DNA from: Limnothrix sp. BL-A-16
GTDB lineage: Bacteria; Cyanobacteriota; Cyanobacteriia; CACIAM-69d
Length of the DNA stretch: 64,000 nucleotides
Assembly (NCBI GenBank): GCA_041937175.2
Contig: CP166615.1
Coordinates: 960,001-1,024,000, forward strand
Direction: 5' to 3'
Positions 62,523 through 64,000 of the stretch are shown in pieces. The notes beneath the pieces are model-generated. The model saw only the letters and a list, made by a program, of their open reading frames with translations, was not told the origin of the DNA and did not search any database. A program made the translations under genes and the position numbers. Within the stretch, counting starts at the first letter, position 1. Every line of letters begins with the position of its first letter.

Positions 62523-62990
62523 ATGAAACTCATTTATCGCGGTGTCCGGTACGACAGCACAGAAACCCCTCTGCCCACGGTAGAAACGGGCCACACTGGT
62601 CGATATCGCGGATTGGAAGTGCATTTCCGCCATGCCGAAAGCATTCCGCCGCAGCCAGTCAATGATCTGACCTATCGGGGTGTCGCCTATCGCACGGGCG
62701 CTGAGGCCTTCGCGCCCAGCAGCGTCCCCGCTAGCCGCCCCGTCACTTCGCCGATCAGCCAACCCCTTACCGCAGGTTCTGTTATGTCTACCCAATCGAT
62801 CTCCGCTCGTGCTCGCGTCCAAATGATGTCCCGTCATCATCAAGCCGCTGCTCGTGAACAATTGGCACTCGATCGCGCAGCAGCCGAATTGGGTCTGGGC
62901 CACCTGTCGTCTACTTTCAGCCGCATCCAAGGCAAAATGCAACACGACATCGCCATTTCCTGCGAACCCAGCTCCGTCGCGATGAGCTAA
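62523..62990 (+). CDS. gifB: Glutamine synthetase inactivating factor IF17 (DUF4278 N-terminus + IF7-like C-terminus)
   Basis: Three YRG repeats (LIYRGV, RYRGL, LTYRGV); C-terminal ARVQMMSRHHQAAAREQLALDRAAAELG...IQGK...AMS matches IF7 as recalled; GGAGG RBS. Confidence 0.85.
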   Translation: MKLIYRGVRYDSTETPLPTVETGHTGRYRGLEVHFRHAESIPPQPVNDLTYRGVAYRTGAEAFAPSSVPASRPVTSPISQPLTAGSVMSTQSISARARVQMMSRHHQAAAREQLALDRAAAELGLGHLSSTFSRIQGKMQHDIAISCEPSSVAMS

Positions 62991-63252
62991 GCAACCCTTG
63001 CTGGGTTTTGGGCCACCCGAAAGCCATTGGGGTTTCGTTAAGTGGTTCCTAAGCTGAATTGTCTTGAACTTGTCTCAAACCTTTTTGTTGTGAACTCTTT
63101 CTCGAATGCTGCTCGGTAGAGCAGGGTATCGGTTGAATGAAAGGTTCTGATCCAAGGTAGTTGGCTTGCGGGCTGGCTACCTTGGACTCTTTCCTGAATT
63201 CGTGCTGGCTGATATTTTGCAAAACCCGACTATTTCAGTGAGCGTTAGCCCC

Positions 63253-63293
63253 ATACCCCCAGCCTGCTCAAGGAGCGCTGGGGGTATTTTTTT
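63253..63293 (+). terminator. Intrinsic terminator
   Basis: ATACCCCCAGC / GCTGGGGGTAT 11-bp stem followed by a T-run. Confidence 0.8.
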
Positions 63294-63370
63294 GGTTTTT
63301 TCGGTGGGACAAGACCCTTGCTAAGATGCGGGTGGGAATGGGGCGATCGCCCGTTGGGGCTTTTGCTGTC

Positions 63371-63490
63371 TCTATTTTTCGGGATCTATTTCGGGATCTA
63401 TTTCGGGATCTATTTTTGCAGGTCTATTTTTAGAACATTTTTGAAGATCTATTTTTAGAAATTTATCGATCCTTTTGGAACCTATTTTTC
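63371..63490. repeat. 12-bp tandem repeat x3 plus degenerate ctattttt copies
   Basis: tttcgggatcta at 63377, 63389, 63401; further ctattttt copies to about 63489. Confidence 0.75.
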
Positions 63491-63501
63491 TGGGTCTCTC
63501 T

Positions 63502-64000
63502 ATGTTGAAATTCAAGCGATCGGGTCAAGTTCGCACACCCAAAGAACCCCATGGTCAAGTGACTTCCGATCGCAAACGGCTACGCATCGTGCGTATGGGA
63601 CACCGTTTCCATCCCTGGGAAGATGCTTACCATTTATTACTAACCTTGAGCTGGCCGAAATTTTGGTTGACGATTATTGTGGGCTATGGGTTAGCCAATT
63701 TCCTGTTTGCTGGGTTATATCTTTTGGAACCCGAAGGAATCGCCAATGCCAAACCGCAATCTTTCATGGATGCGTTCTTTTTTAGTGTGCAAACCATGGC
63801 AACGATCGGCTATGGCGCAATGTATCCGGCCAAGCCTTGGACACAGATGCTCACGGCCATTGAAGCTTTGGTGGGTCTGATGGGATTTTCGGGAGCAACG
63901 GGGCTAATGTTTGCCCGATTTTCGCGGCCCACGGCTCAAGTGCGCTTTAGTCAGGCGCTCCTGAAAACAACCCATGAAGGTCAACCCACGCTGCTGTTTC
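63502..64000 (+). CDS. KirBac-type inward-rectifier potassium channel, 3'-partial (not in ORF track)
   Basis: Manual translation from ATG 63502: ...DAYHLLLTLSWPKF...FMDAFFFSVQTMATIGYGAMYP...GLMFARFSRP; contains the TIGYG selectivity filter. Confidence 0.92.
   Translation, partial: MLKFKRSGQVRTPKEPHGQVTSDRKRLRIVRMGHRFHPWEDAYHLLLTLSWPKFWLTIIVGYGLANFLFAGLYLLEPEGIANAKPQSFMDAFFFSVQTMATIGYGAMYPAKPWTQMLTAIEALVGLMGFSGATGLMFARFSRPTAQVRFSQALLKTTHEGQPTLLF

Overview
Chromosomal window from a cyanobacterium. Evidence: very dense HIP1 GCGATCGC octamers, NtcA boxes, cyanobacteriochrome GAF domains and a CAAD domain. Moderately high GC suggests a filamentous Limnothrix-like strain, which is inference only. 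The backbone is housekeeping: lgt, purM, rlpA, nadA, glgC, valS, aspS, glgP, apt, murG, smpB and tRNA-Thr(UGU). Points of interest: (1) a translationally coupled pair of an HsdR-N-like nuclease-ParA fusion and a degenerate ParB-like protein with a Rho-N-like tail, the best candidate for an uncharacterised system; (2) a DUF2231x2 / CuA-less ARTO oxidase / GMC oxidoreductase cluster whose GMC has substituted catalytic residues; (3) a 2029-aa CBS/GAF/PAS hybrid kinase with a DXCF and a far-red-type cyanobacteriochrome domain; (4) a ValRS with a CAAD membrane-anchor insertion; (5) gifB (IF17) with an NtcA-overlapped promoter and an enlarged glutamine riboswitch; (6) a ~130-bp IS5-like MITE (2 copies, TGA target duplication) carrying a REP-like palindrome that also seeds tandem arrays. 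A KirBac K+ channel gene missing from the ORF track runs off the right end. All calls come from motif recognition by eye; no searches were run.
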